Shown here: one piece after another, positions 50,149 to 59,396 of the stretch
How the letters are laid out: each line of letters begins with the position of its first letter
Numbering within the stretch: position 1 is the stretch's first letter
Source of the DNA: Promethearchaeota archaeon
GTDB taxonomy: Archaea > Asgardarchaeota > Lokiarchaeia > Sigyniarchaeales > SOKP01
Direction of reading: 5' to 3'
Length of the DNA stretch: 64,000 nucleotides
Assembly (NCBI GenBank): GCA_019058295.1
Contig: JAHPZI010000010.1
Location: 37,478-101,477 of the forward strand
The notes under the pieces: model-generated
Databases searched by the model: none
The model's input: the letters and a program-made list of their open reading frames with translations, nothing else
What the model was told of the DNA's origin: nothing
Made by a program: the position numbers and the translations under genes

Positions 50149-50217
50149 TGTCCAGAAAATCCTATGAAATTGATAAAATGATCAAGTTATGAACTTTTAT
50201 GAATTTTTGTCTGGACA
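50149..50217. promoter_or_regulatory. ATGATCAA-TTATGAA-N3-TTATGAA element framed by inverted repeat TGTCCAGA/TCTGGACA (lrp-glnA intergenic)
   Basis: TTATGAA at 50187 and 50197; inverted-repeat arms at 50149-56 and 50210-17; core repeated at 56775-56800. Confidence 0.55.
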
Positions 50218-50288
50218 AATGCTGATTATAATAAATTTATTAACAGAATATGACCACATTTAAATACGATCATGATTTATCTGATCAT

Positions 50289-50317
50289 AATATAACTTTG
50301 TTATAAAAAATATAACT
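50289..50317 (+). promoter_or_regulatory. AATATAACT direct repeat upstream of glnA
   Basis: AATATAACT-TTGTTATAAAA-AATATAACT. Confidence 0.6.
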
Positions 50318-50359
50318 AAAGAATTTTAATATATATAGAAACAAAAAAATGAGATTATT

Positions 50360-51862
50360 ATGACTACAACAAAAGAAAGTTTAGCAAAAGGTATTATTAG
50401 TCCTGAGATGGGATCGGCAGAGGCAGCAAAAAAAATATTAAAAGAAGAAAAAGTAGAATTTGTGCTATGTGCTTTCACGGATGTTCGAGGGATCTTTCAA
50501 AGCTTTAGTTCCCCTGTTCATCATTTTCTAGAAGGAGATCAATATTTTGAAACCGGGATTGGTTTCGATGGCTCAAGTATTAGAGGATTTAGAGAGCTTC
50601 ATACAAGCGACATGATTTTTTATCCTGATCCCGAAGCGTTGTATGTTCTTCCATGGACTAGTGGTATACAAAAAACAGCTGTTCTTATAGGCGACATCAG
50701 AGAGCCTTATGGTAGCAGTGAAGCCGCGGATTGTGACCCTAGGGGATATGTAGCAAGACGTGCTATTGAAAAAGCTAAATCTATGGGGTATGTGCCTTAT
50801 TTCGGACCTGAAATTGAATTTTTTGTATTTAAGTCAATAGATCCGAGCAGCTTAAATTATGATATCTTTGTTAGCCCTAAGGGGGGTGCAGGAGATAGTT
50901 GGGGGCCTCCTCGAGTAAATCCTGTATCACCAGAAACCGATGTAGGAGGGTATATACTACGTCCTAAAGAAGCATACTTTAGGAATCCTCCAGAAGATAC
51001 CACAAATGGCTATCGAAATGAATTGGCTCATACACTTGAAATAATGGGATATTCTATAGAAATGCATCATCATGAAGTATCTACGAAAGGTCAGGTAGAG
51101 TTAAACTACAGCTATAGTGACTTACTTGACACGGCAGATAAAGTCCAAATTTATAAGTTAGCTGCAAGAAATATTGCCGCTAAATATGGATGGATTGCTA
51201 CATTTATGCCAAAACCAATTTATTTAGATAATGCCAGTGGTATGCATGTTCATAATTCATTGTTTAAAAATGGGGATAATGTAATGTGGGATCCTAATGA
51301 TGATTACGCAGAGATAAGTCAAATATGCCGATATTATATTGGGGGGCTATTAGAACATGCTGAGGCATTAACTGCTATTTGTTGTCCTACAGTTAATTCA
51401 TATAAGCGATTAGTACCCGGTTTTGAGGCTCCAATAAATGTAATGTATAGTAGAAGAAACAGATCAGCACTTATCCGTATTCCTGTTTACTTAAAAGGAG
51501 AAAAATATAAAAATAGAAGACGAATAGAATATAGAGGCGTTGATCCTTCGACAAACTCATATTTTGCGTTCGCAGCAATCGTTACAGCTGGTTTAGATGG
51601 TATAAAAAAGAAAATTGATCCTGGTGATCCAGTCGACCAAGATGTATACGAGATGTCGGAGGCAGCCAAGAAAGCAGCAGGGATTAAGCAATTACCTACC
51701 ACGTTAAAAGAAGCATTAGATGTTTTGGAGAGTGATGCGATATCAAAGGAAATATTAGGATCGCATCTCTATGATGCCTTTATAGAATATAAGACAAATG
51801 AATGGAACCAATTTTGCCTTTATGTGACACCCTGGGAGATAATGAAGTATCTGGATTATTAA
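50360..51862 (+). CDS. glnA: Glutamine synthetase type I (with long internal insertion)
   Basis: FDGSS, GPEIEF, HHEV, ATFMPKP...NASGMH, NSYKRLVPGFEAP, NRSALIRIP, RIEYR. Confidence 0.95.
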   Translation: MTTTKESLAKGIISPEMGSAEAAKKILKEEKVEFVLCAFTDVRGIFQSFSSPVHHFLEGDQYFETGIGFDGSSIRGFRELHTSDMIFYPDPEALYVLPWTSGIQKTAVLIGDIREPYGSSEAADCDPRGYVARRAIEKAKSMGYVPYFGPEIEFFVFKSIDPSSLNYDIFVSPKGGAGDSWGPPRVNPVSPETDVGGYILRPKEAYFRNPPEDTTNGYRNELAHTLEIMGYSIEMHHHEVSTKGQVELNYSYSDLLDTADKVQIYKLAARNIAAKYGWIATFMPKPIYLDNASGMHVHNSLFKNGDNVMWDPNDDYAEISQICRYYIGGLLEHAEALTAICCPTVNSYKRLVPGFEAPINVMYSRRNRSALIRIPVYLKGEKYKNRRRIEYRGVDPSTNSYFAFAAIVTAGLDGIKKKIDPGDPVDQDVYEMSEAAKKAAGIKQLPTTLKEALDVLESDAISKEILGSHLYDAFIEYKTNEWNQFCLYVTPWEIMKYLDY

Positions 51863-51941
51863 ACTAAATTAAATAAGTTTTTTTTTTTAAATTTTAAATT
51901 TTTTATTTTTTTATTGAAAGAAATAGAATTGGAAAGGAGAA

Positions 51942-52178
51942 ATGAAAGATAAATATTGTTATTATTGTGGAAAAAAAATAGATTTGTCAAGTTTAATATG
52001 TAAAAACTTTCATCTCAATCAAGATTATTTAAAAACCCTATGGGACAATCGCGTAATTCAATTTCTATGTTGTGATTGTTTTAAGGAAGAAATGTTATAT
52101 GAGAAAGGTTTACTCCAAATACCTGAATTAAATGAGGAAAAACCTAAAAATGAAATATTACAATCATATGAATTGTAA
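51942..52178 (+). CDS. Small Cys-rich putative Zn-binding protein
   Basis: CYYC...CCDC in 78 aa. Confidence 0.65.
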   Translation: MKDKYCYYCGKKIDLSSLICKNFHLNQDYLKTLWDNRVIQFLCCDCFKEEMLYEKGLLQIPELNEEKPKNEILQSYEL

Positions 52179-52213
52179 ATCTATAATTAAAATCACCAGA
52201 AAAAGTAAATAAT

Positions 52214-52828
52214 ATGCAAATAAATGAAAAAGATGTGAAGATTTTGGAGAATAAAAAAAATAGTAATAAGATTAATAGAATAACCATTGCTTTAGACGAT
52301 GAGACTGACGATGTTCTTAATGAGTTAAAGAATGGATCGCACAAATCTCAGTCAGAATTAATTAGGAAAGCTATTAGATTCTATCATCAATTTAATCAAG
52401 TCTTTAATCATAGTAAAAAGGGGGTTGCAAAGCGAGTAAATACATATTTAGAGTTATTATCAAATGGAGAGCATATAATATTAGATATCGACCATTACCT
52501 TTCATTTTTGAGATTTATTGAAAATTCTTCAGATAGCGATGAATATTGGGAGATGAATAAATCCATTGGTAAAGCTCATGCAGAAGAATTTTTGGAAGAA
52601 ATGGATCTTCCAACGGTCCAAAAAGTGGTAGAACGCCTCGAGGCATGTAATTTTTTTAAAATGGTAAAAGATTCTTCAAACAGATATACATTATTATTAG
52701 GATCTGATATTCAGAAAAAATTTATAAAGAATTTTTTGGAGGAAGTGTTTCAAGGAATGGGATTCAAGGCCCTAATTAAAGAGGGGTTTTCAAAACTCAA
52801 AATAATTCTTGGTAATGCCGCCTATTAA
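52214..52828 (+). CDS. Ribbon-helix-helix (CopG-like) regulator with C-terminal putative effector domain
   Basis: RITIALDDETDDVLNEL...SQSELIRKAI RHH pattern. Confidence 0.8.
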   Translation: MQINEKDVKILENKKNSNKINRITIALDDETDDVLNELKNGSHKSQSELIRKAIRFYHQFNQVFNHSKKGVAKRVNTYLELLSNGEHIILDIDHYLSFLRFIENSSDSDEYWEMNKSIGKAHAEEFLEEMDLPTVQKVVERLEACNFFKMVKDSSNRYTLLLGSDIQKKFIKNFLEEVFQGMGFKALIKEGFSKLKIILGNAAY

Positions 52829-52883
52829 TCATAAGACAAATTTAAATGGTTATTTCAATAAATTATTCAAAAATGCGTAAAAG

Positions 52884-53120
52884 ATGATGAAAAAATCTCA
52901 ACAGAAAAAAATTTTTTATGAAGCAATGTGGTTTAGTGAAGATGATTCAAATGAACCTGTTGTTCGAGGATCGAATGTTGATGAAATAATTGAGAAATTA
53001 TTGAAAATGACAAAAGGTAGAGAAGGATGGATTGAAGTTTACCAAATATCTTATACTGACAGAGGATATAAAATACAGCTTCAGAAGAAAATAGACGTTT
53101 TGAATGAATTAACAATTTAA
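52884..53120 (+). CDS. Hypothetical small protein
   Basis: 78 aa ORF co-oriented between the RHH gene and asnB. Confidence 0.6.
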   Translation: MMKKSQQKKIFYEAMWFSEDDSNEPVVRGSNVDEIIEKLLKMTKGREGWIEVYQISYTDRGYKIQLQKKIDVLNELTI

Positions 53121-53171
53121 ATTTATATATTTCTTGATTGCTAAATAACTTTTTTTGATATCTGATTGTCT

Positions 53172-55001
53172 ATGTGCGGGATAAATGGTTTTAACTGGAA
53201 GGATAAAGCAAAAATAAACCAAATGAACAATGAAATTATTCATAGAGGCCCTGACAATCAAGGAATTGCTGTTTTCAATAATGTGTCTTTAGGGCATGAT
53301 CGCCTTTCTATTATTGATCTGTCTGACCGTGGACATCAACCTATGTGTAATGATGAAAAAACTATTTATATTGTTTTTAATGGTGAGATTTATAATTATA
53401 AAGAGCTTAGAGAAGAGTTTTGTCAAGATTACAAATTTCATTCTGCCACTGATACAGAAATAATACTTGCAATGTATCAGAGATTCCAAGATAAATGTGT
53501 TGATTATTTCAATGGGATGTGGACTTTTTGTATTTTTGATTTAGAAAAAAATATTCTTTTTTGCTCGAGAGACCGTCTTGGAATAAAACCATTTTACTAT
53601 TATTATGAAGGAGAAAAATTCATATTTTCCTCAGAAATAAAAGCAATTCTAATTCATAAAATAAAAAAAAAACTTAATCCAAAAGCTATTAGCTCATTTC
53701 TAAGATATCGCTACATTCTTGAAGATGAAACATTTTTTGAAGGAATTTACAATATAAAACCAGGTTATAATTTAATCTATGACTTAGAGACTAATGAATG
53801 CCAGCAAATTCAATATTGGGACTTAAATCAACTTGAAACTATTGATACATTCAATAAACAAAAAGTAATAATTGAACAAGAATTAGTAAAAAGCGTAAAT
53901 TATAGAATGGTTGCTGATGTTGAAGTAGGATCAATCTTATCAGGAGGAATAGATTCAAGTCTCACTTCAGCAATTATGGCTGACTTAAATAACAACCATG
54001 TAAATACATATACTGTCAAATTTAATGAAGATGGTTTTGATGAAACACCATATGCAAGATTAGTAGCAGAGAAGTATAAAACAAGACATAATGAAATTTT
54101 AATCGATCAAGATGATTACATAGCAGTAATGAATGAATATCTAAAATATAAAGATGAACCAATAGGAGTTCCCAATGAAGTCGCTCTCTTTTTACTTTAT
54201 AGAGATATTAAGAAAACTGCTACAGTAGTACTCGCGGGAGAAGGTGCAGATGAAATATTTGCAGGGTATGGAAGAATTTTTCGTTCTCCATTTGATTTTT
54301 TAAAAGAATCAATTCATAATGAAGATATCAATTTTTTAGATTTCTTTATGAATATTTATGGTTATTTTTCTGATGATGATTTGAAACTTATTCTAAAAGA
54401 AGAATTTTATTATGATTTTAGGGAAATATTTAAGAATTACATGTTAAAGTGCCCACGAGATTATTATACCAAAATTTCATATATTTTCTTGAAGTTACAT
54501 CTTCCAGGATTACTTTTAAGAAGCGATGTTTCAAGTATGGCTAGTGCGGTTGAATCAAGAGTTCCATTTTTGGATCATAATTTAGTTCAATTTGTCTATA
54601 GTTTACCTTTTGATTTTAAAAATAAATTTAAATCCATTTCTGCTTTGAAAAAGTCTGTAGATTTAAATTATAATGAAATCTCCGAAATTAATGATATTCC
54701 AAAATACATGTTAAAAGAAATTGCAAAAAAATACCTGATGGATGATATTATCTATAGAAAAAAACAAGGCTTTCCACTTCCCTTGAATAAATGGTTTGGA
54801 GAGAATTATATAAATAAACTCAAGATACTCTTATTGAATGATAATAATATCATTAAAAATTACGTGAACATAGAGAATTTAAAAGAATGGATTGAAAATA
54901 CTGAAAATGATAAGAATTTCGGATTAAAACTATGGATGTTATATAGCTTAGAAATCTGGCTGAATTCAATTAAAAAAAAAAATCCAGATTTGGTTTTTTA
55001 A
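53172..55001 (+). CDS. asnB: Asparagine synthase (glutamine-hydrolysing)
   Basis: MCGI (start 53172), HRGPD, RLSIIDL, FNGEIYN, LSGGIDSS, GEGADE, E.RVPFLD, K.GF. Confidence 0.93.
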   Translation: MCGINGFNWKDKAKINQMNNEIIHRGPDNQGIAVFNNVSLGHDRLSIIDLSDRGHQPMCNDEKTIYIVFNGEIYNYKELREEFCQDYKFHSATDTEIILAMYQRFQDKCVDYFNGMWTFCIFDLEKNILFCSRDRLGIKPFYYYYEGEKFIFSSEIKAILIHKIKKKLNPKAISSFLRYRYILEDETFFEGIYNIKPGYNLIYDLETNECQQIQYWDLNQLETIDTFNKQKVIIEQELVKSVNYRMVADVEVGSILSGGIDSSLTSAIMADLNNNHVNTYTVKFNEDGFDETPYARLVAEKYKTRHNEILIDQDDYIAVMNEYLKYKDEPIGVPNEVALFLLYRDIKKTATVVLAGEGADEIFAGYGRIFRSPFDFLKESIHNEDINFLDFFMNIYGYFSDDDLKLILKEEFYYDFREIFKNYMLKCPRDYYTKISYIFLKLHLPGLLLRSDVSSMASAVESRVPFLDHNLVQFVYSLPFDFKNKFKSISALKKSVDLNYNEISEINDIPKYMLKEIAKKYLMDDIIYRKKQGFPLPLNKWFGENYINKLKILLLNDNNIIKNYVNIENLKEWIENTENDKNFGLKLWMLYSLEIWLNSIKKKNPDLVF

Positions 55002-55050
55002 TTAATCTTCTAAAAATAACTTATAAAAAAAAAAAAAATTAATAAATTTA

Positions 55051-55392
55051 TTATAAAATATCTTCTCCCTTCTCGTTAGTTCTTATTCTGATTGCGTTTT
55101 CTACAGGAGTTATAAATATTTTTCCATCTCCCTCTTTCCCGGTTTGGGCTTTATCAATTATAGTTTTAATAACTTGGTCAATATTCACTTTACTACTTAC
55201 TACAATTTCTAATTTTATTTTATCAATCCACTCGACACAATATCTTCCAGATCTTCCTGTTAACCACATTCCCCCTTGATTTCCTCGGCCTTTTACCTCA
55301 TAAACACTCATTCCTTTAATCTCCAATTCGGAAAGTGCGTTTTTTACAGGTTCCATTTTTTCTGGTCTAATAAAACACTCAATTTTTTTCAT
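55051..55392 (-). CDS. glnK: P-II nitrogen regulatory protein
   Basis: IRPEK, V.GRG.Q.G, TGKEGDGKIF, IRIRT.E.G; downstream of amtB. Confidence 0.93.
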   Translation of the reverse strand: MKKIECFIRPEKMEPVKNALSELEIKGMSVYEVKGRGNQGGMWLTGRSGRYCVEWIDKIKLEIVVSSKVNIDQVIKTIIDKAQTGKEGDGKIFITPVENAIRIRTNEKGEDIL

Positions 55393-55401
55393 TTTTTCAC
55401 C

Positions 55402-56604
55402 TCACGCTGCTTTTTCTCCATGGAGAGTAATATCAAGGCCTACATATTCTTCTTCAGGTGAGACTCTGAAACCAATTGTTTTATCAATAATAAAGGCTAT
55501 GATAAAGGTAGCAACAAAAGCATAAACAACTGTTACAGCTACACCTATTAATTGAATCCATACTTGTTCCCAATTTCCTAATACTGCACCGCTGGCTCCA
55601 ATACCAGCAAAGACTCCTGTTAATATGGCACCTAATATTCCACCCGTTCCATGAATTGAAATAGCATCCAATGACTCATCGATCTTTGAGCTAGTTCTCC
55701 ATGATAATACTATAAAACATACTACACTAGAGAGACCGCCTATTATTAGAGCAAAAACTGGTGCTACAAATCCTGCCGCGGGGGTAATAGCTACTAATCC
55801 TGCTAATACTCCTGATGCCATTCCTAGAGTACTAAACTTTCCAGTTTTAAAGTATTCAATCAGCATCCAGGTTAAAGCACCCATAGAAGCAGCTAAGTGC
55901 GTGTTAAACATCGCCAAAACAGCAATGTTATTCGCACCCAAGGCACTTCCTCCATTGAATCCAAACCATCCAATCCATAATAAAGCTGCACCTAACAATA
56001 CATAAGGAATGTTATTAGGTTCCATTGGTTCTTTTCGATAACCTTCTCGTGGTCCAATAACTAAAGCAACGGCTAAAGAAGCAAACCCTACATTAATATG
56101 AACGACAGTTCCCCCGGCAAAATCAAGGCATCCGATGGCTCCTAGAAAGCCGCCCTCACCCCAAACCCAATGAGCAATTGGAGAATACACGAATATCAAC
56201 CAAATGGATATAAATATGCAAAATGCTCCAAAATTAACTCTCTCAGAAAAGGGACTTGCAATAATAGCAACAGTAATAATTGCAAACATCAATTGAAAAG
56301 CCATATATAACATATGTGGAATATCATCTGAATAGGCAGAATTTGTACCAAGTTCTACTCTCATGAGACCCACAAATTTGAAACTGCCAATAAGACCTCC
56401 ACCAACATCTGGGGCAAATGCTAAACTATAAGCAATGAAAAACCATAAAACACTAACTATGGCTATAGAAACGAAACACATAGCCATCATGTTAACCATA
56501 TTTTTTTTTCGTAGTAATCCCCCGTAAAAAAATGCTAAACCAGGTGTCATTATAAAAACTAAAGCTGTACAAATTATAACAAATGAAATATCTGCTCCTG
56601 ACAT
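55402..56604 (-). CDS. amtB: Ammonium transporter
   Basis: MTPGLAFFYGG, FQLMFA, HWVW, DFAGGTVVH, GWFGFNGGS, GLVAITP. Confidence 0.96.
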   Translation of the reverse strand: MSGADISFVIICTALVFIMTPGLAFFYGGLLRKKNMVNMMAMCFVSIAIVSVLWFFIAYSLAFAPDVGGGLIGSFKFVGLMRVELGTNSAYSDDIPHMLYMAFQLMFAIITVAIIASPFSERVNFGAFCIFISIWLIFVYSPIAHWVWGEGGFLGAIGCLDFAGGTVVHINVGFASLAVALVIGPREGYRKEPMEPNNIPYVLLGAALLWIGWFGFNGGSALGANNIAVLAMFNTHLAASMGALTWMLIEYFKTGKFSTLGMASGVLAGLVAITPAAGFVAPVFALIIGGLSSVVCFIVLSWRTSSKIDESLDAISIHGTGGILGAILTGVFAGIGASGAVLGNWEQVWIQLIGVAVTVVYAFVATFIIAFIIDKTIGFRVSPEEEYVGLDITLHGEKAA

Positions 56605-56751
56605 ATCATCAACTAATTATATTTTTTTGATTATATTTTTTTATTAAAATTATATTCTTAAAATTAAATTAAATATATTATATTACTATATAAAATTGAT
56701 TGAGAAATTTGATTAATTGTTATATCACATTTCGTTTTAATTCTTAAAGAA

Positions 56752-56800
56752 TTATGAAAAAAGTAAGGGGAAATATGATCAATTTATGAAATATTATGAA
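56752..56800. promoter_or_regulatory. TTATGAA repeats with ATGATCAA in the amtB-nadE divergent region
   Basis: TTATGAA at 56752, 56784 and 56794; ATGATCAA at 56775. Confidence 0.55.
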
Positions 56801-56880
56801 ATCATCTTAAAAGATTAAATAAAACATAAAATTATTAAGAACATAATAGAATTAGTATATAATAAACAATTGATATTAGA

Positions 56881-58530
56881 ATGAGAAATCGAAAATTAAA
56901 CGTTGTTATAGCCCAAATCAATCCTATCGCTGGAGATGTTGATCGAAATAAAGATTTGATTATAGATATTATTAAAAACAATCAAAATTCGGATATTATT
57001 GCTTTTCCAGAGATGTCATTGGTTGGATATCCTCTTATGGATCATATCCTTGATCCTTTAATCAGAAAGAGAAACGCTGAAGCGATTGAAGAAATAAAAA
57101 ATACAAATTCAAAACCTACCATTATTCTCGGGACATTTACAGAACCACCTGAATTGAGAGGAAAATTTCAATTCTTTTATAATTCAGCTATAGTAATTGA
57201 AGGAAATGATATTAAGTATGTTGAAAATAAAAGATTGTTGCCAAATTATGATGTTTTTGATGAAAGAAGATATTTTTCTTTTGATAAAAAGTTTGAACCT
57301 ATTGAGATAAAAGGTATAAATGTTGGAATTTTAATATGTGAAGATATATGGGATGATGCTTATGAAATTAAAGTAGCAAGTAATTTAATCTCAAACGGAG
57401 CTGAAATTCTTATTGTAATAAATGCATCTCCATATCATATAAATAAATTTAATATTCGAAAAGATTTAGTATGTGATAAATCAAAACAATTTTCGGTTCC
57501 TATCGTTTATATAAATATGGTTGGAGGGCTTGATGAAATTGTCTATGACGGAAATAGTTTTATCTCTAATAAATTCGGGCAGATAATTTTTAAAGCAAAA
57601 GCATTCAAAGAAGATGTTGTTAATATAGAAATTAATATTGATGAAGAAAATCCAATAGAAGAAAAAAATTATGAAAAAGATTGGAGAGATAATGTTGTTA
57701 ATGCCTTAAAATTGAACTTATACGATTATTATCATAAAAGTGGAATATTCAAGGGAGTGGTTCTAGGTTTAAGTGGGGGTGTAGATTCTGCGTTTACAGC
57801 TTATATCTGTGCTTCATCTTTAGGATCTGAAAAAGTGACGGCCATTATGATGCCTACGAGATATACTTCCGAAGAAAGTATTAATTTAGCTAAAAATCTC
57901 TGTGATAATACGGGAATTAATTATATTATACACCCGATTGATAAATTATTTACTTCATATGAAGAAAATTTTAAAGATATTATGGGAGAGTTACCCTTTG
58001 ATGTTGCTGATGAGAATCTCCAAGCACGAATAAGAGCAACAATCCTTATGTATTATTCTAATAAATATAATTGGTTATTAGTTTCGACTGGAAATAAATC
58101 AGAAATAGGTGTAGGATTTTGTACTCTCTATGGAGATACATGTGGAGGTAAAAATATCCCAGGTGATCTCTTAAAAGTACAGATTTATGATATCTGTGAA
58201 TGGATAAACAGAGAAAAAGAAATTATTCCTAGAGGAATTATTGAACGGCCACCAACCGCTGAATTGCGAGAAAATCAGAAGGATAGTGATTCAATACCAG
58301 TATATGAAACCCTTGATGCCATTTTAGGTGAAATTATTGAAAATGGGATAGGAAATGAATTTGATACTCTTAAAGATAGAGGGATTGATATGGAAACTGT
58401 TTTAAAGGTAAGAAAGCTTTATTTAAACTCAGAATACAAACGTAGACAATTAGTACAATCAATAAAAGTAAGTGATAGTGCGTTTGGTATAGGAAGAAGA
58501 TATCCAGTATTAAAGAGGATTAAGTATTAA
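56881..58530 (+). CDS. nadE: Glutamine-dependent NAD+ synthetase (nitrilase + synthetase domains)
   Basis: FPEM, KRLLPNYDVFDERRYF, ICEDIW; SGGVDS, ENLQARIR, TGNKSE, PTAEL. Confidence 0.95.
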   Translation: MRNRKLNVVIAQINPIAGDVDRNKDLIIDIIKNNQNSDIIAFPEMSLVGYPLMDHILDPLIRKRNAEAIEEIKNTNSKPTIILGTFTEPPELRGKFQFFYNSAIVIEGNDIKYVENKRLLPNYDVFDERRYFSFDKKFEPIEIKGINVGILICEDIWDDAYEIKVASNLISNGAEILIVINASPYHINKFNIRKDLVCDKSKQFSVPIVYINMVGGLDEIVYDGNSFISNKFGQIIFKAKAFKEDVVNIEINIDEENPIEEKNYEKDWRDNVVNALKLNLYDYYHKSGIFKGVVLGLSGGVDSAFTAYICASSLGSEKVTAIMMPTRYTSEESINLAKNLCDNTGINYIIHPIDKLFTSYEENFKDIMGELPFDVADENLQARIRATILMYYSNKYNWLLVSTGNKSEIGVGFCTLYGDTCGGKNIPGDLLKVQIYDICEWINREKEIIPRGIIERPPTAELRENQKDSDSIPVYETLDAILGEIIENGIGNEFDTLKDRGIDMETVLKVRKLYLNSEYKRRQLVQSIKVSDSAFGIGRRYPVLKRIKY

Positions 58531-58532
58531 AA

Positions 58533-59237
58533 ATGATGAAAAAAGTCCTTATTATTAAAAACATTAGCCATGAAGACCCTGGATTAATTCTCGATGTTTT
58601 AAATGAAAAACAAATACCTTTTGATGTCTTAGATTTCTCTATAAAAATAGAAAGACCAAATCTTGAAAATTATGAGCTCTTAATCATTATGGGGGGTCCA
58701 GATAGCGGAAATGATGATTCGTTAAAGATACAAATTGAATTGGAAATAATTAAATCTGCTTTTAATAAGTCAATTCCCATATTTGGAATTTGTCTTGGAT
58801 TACAATTAATGGTGAAAGCAGTGGGGGGGATGATTTATAGGAATCCTGTTGAAGAGATTGGGTTTAAACATGGTAATGATTGGTATGAAGTAATATTAAC
58901 GGATATTGGTAAAAAAGATCCAATATTTAAAGATATAAATAAAAAATTCGTGGTGTTCCAGCTTCATGGAGAAACGGTTGAATTGACAGAGAAAATTAAG
59001 CTATTAGGTCAGGGAAAGTATTGTAAAAACCAAATCATCAAAATTGGTAATTTAAATTATGGATTCCAATTTCATTTTGAGATCACTACTTTGTTACTAA
59101 AAAAGTGGATAGATTTAGCTCCAGAACTGCAAAATTATCGTAAAGAAGATATTTTATCTAATTTTGAAACAATTGAAAAAGATTTTATAAAAAGAGGTAG
59201 AAAAATTTTTACAAATTATTTAGAACTAGTCTTATAA
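58533..59237 (+). CDS. Class I glutamine amidotransferase (stand-alone)
   Basis: MGGP, GICLG.Q, QFHFE catalytic triad. Confidence 0.88.
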   Translation: MMKKVLIIKNISHEDPGLILDVLNEKQIPFDVLDFSIKIERPNLENYELLIIMGGPDSGNDDSLKIQIELEIIKSAFNKSIPIFGICLGLQLMVKAVGGMIYRNPVEEIGFKHGNDWYEVILTDIGKKDPIFKDINKKFVVFQLHGETVELTEKIKLLGQGKYCKNQIIKIGNLNYGFQFHFEITTLLLKKWIDLAPELQNYRKEDILSNFETIEKDFIKRGRKIFTNYLELVL

Positions 59238-59320
59238 CTAATAAGAATTAAATTCTTAAAATAATACTAATATAACTGTTTTAATTAAAAACTAAATAAT
59301 GTAAGAAATTGTATTTCTAT

Positions 59321-59364
59321 ATGATCATAAAATAAATTTCATAAAAGTTATGAAAAGTTATGCA
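59321..59364. promoter_or_regulatory. ATGATCA and TTCATAA-N3-TTATGAA-N3-TTATGCA upstream of the second glnA
   Basis: Repeats at 59338, 59348 and 59358 (10-bp period); AATATAACT also at 59269. Confidence 0.5.
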
Positions 59365-59396
59365 TATGCATAATTAATAAAAAAAAATTGATTAAT

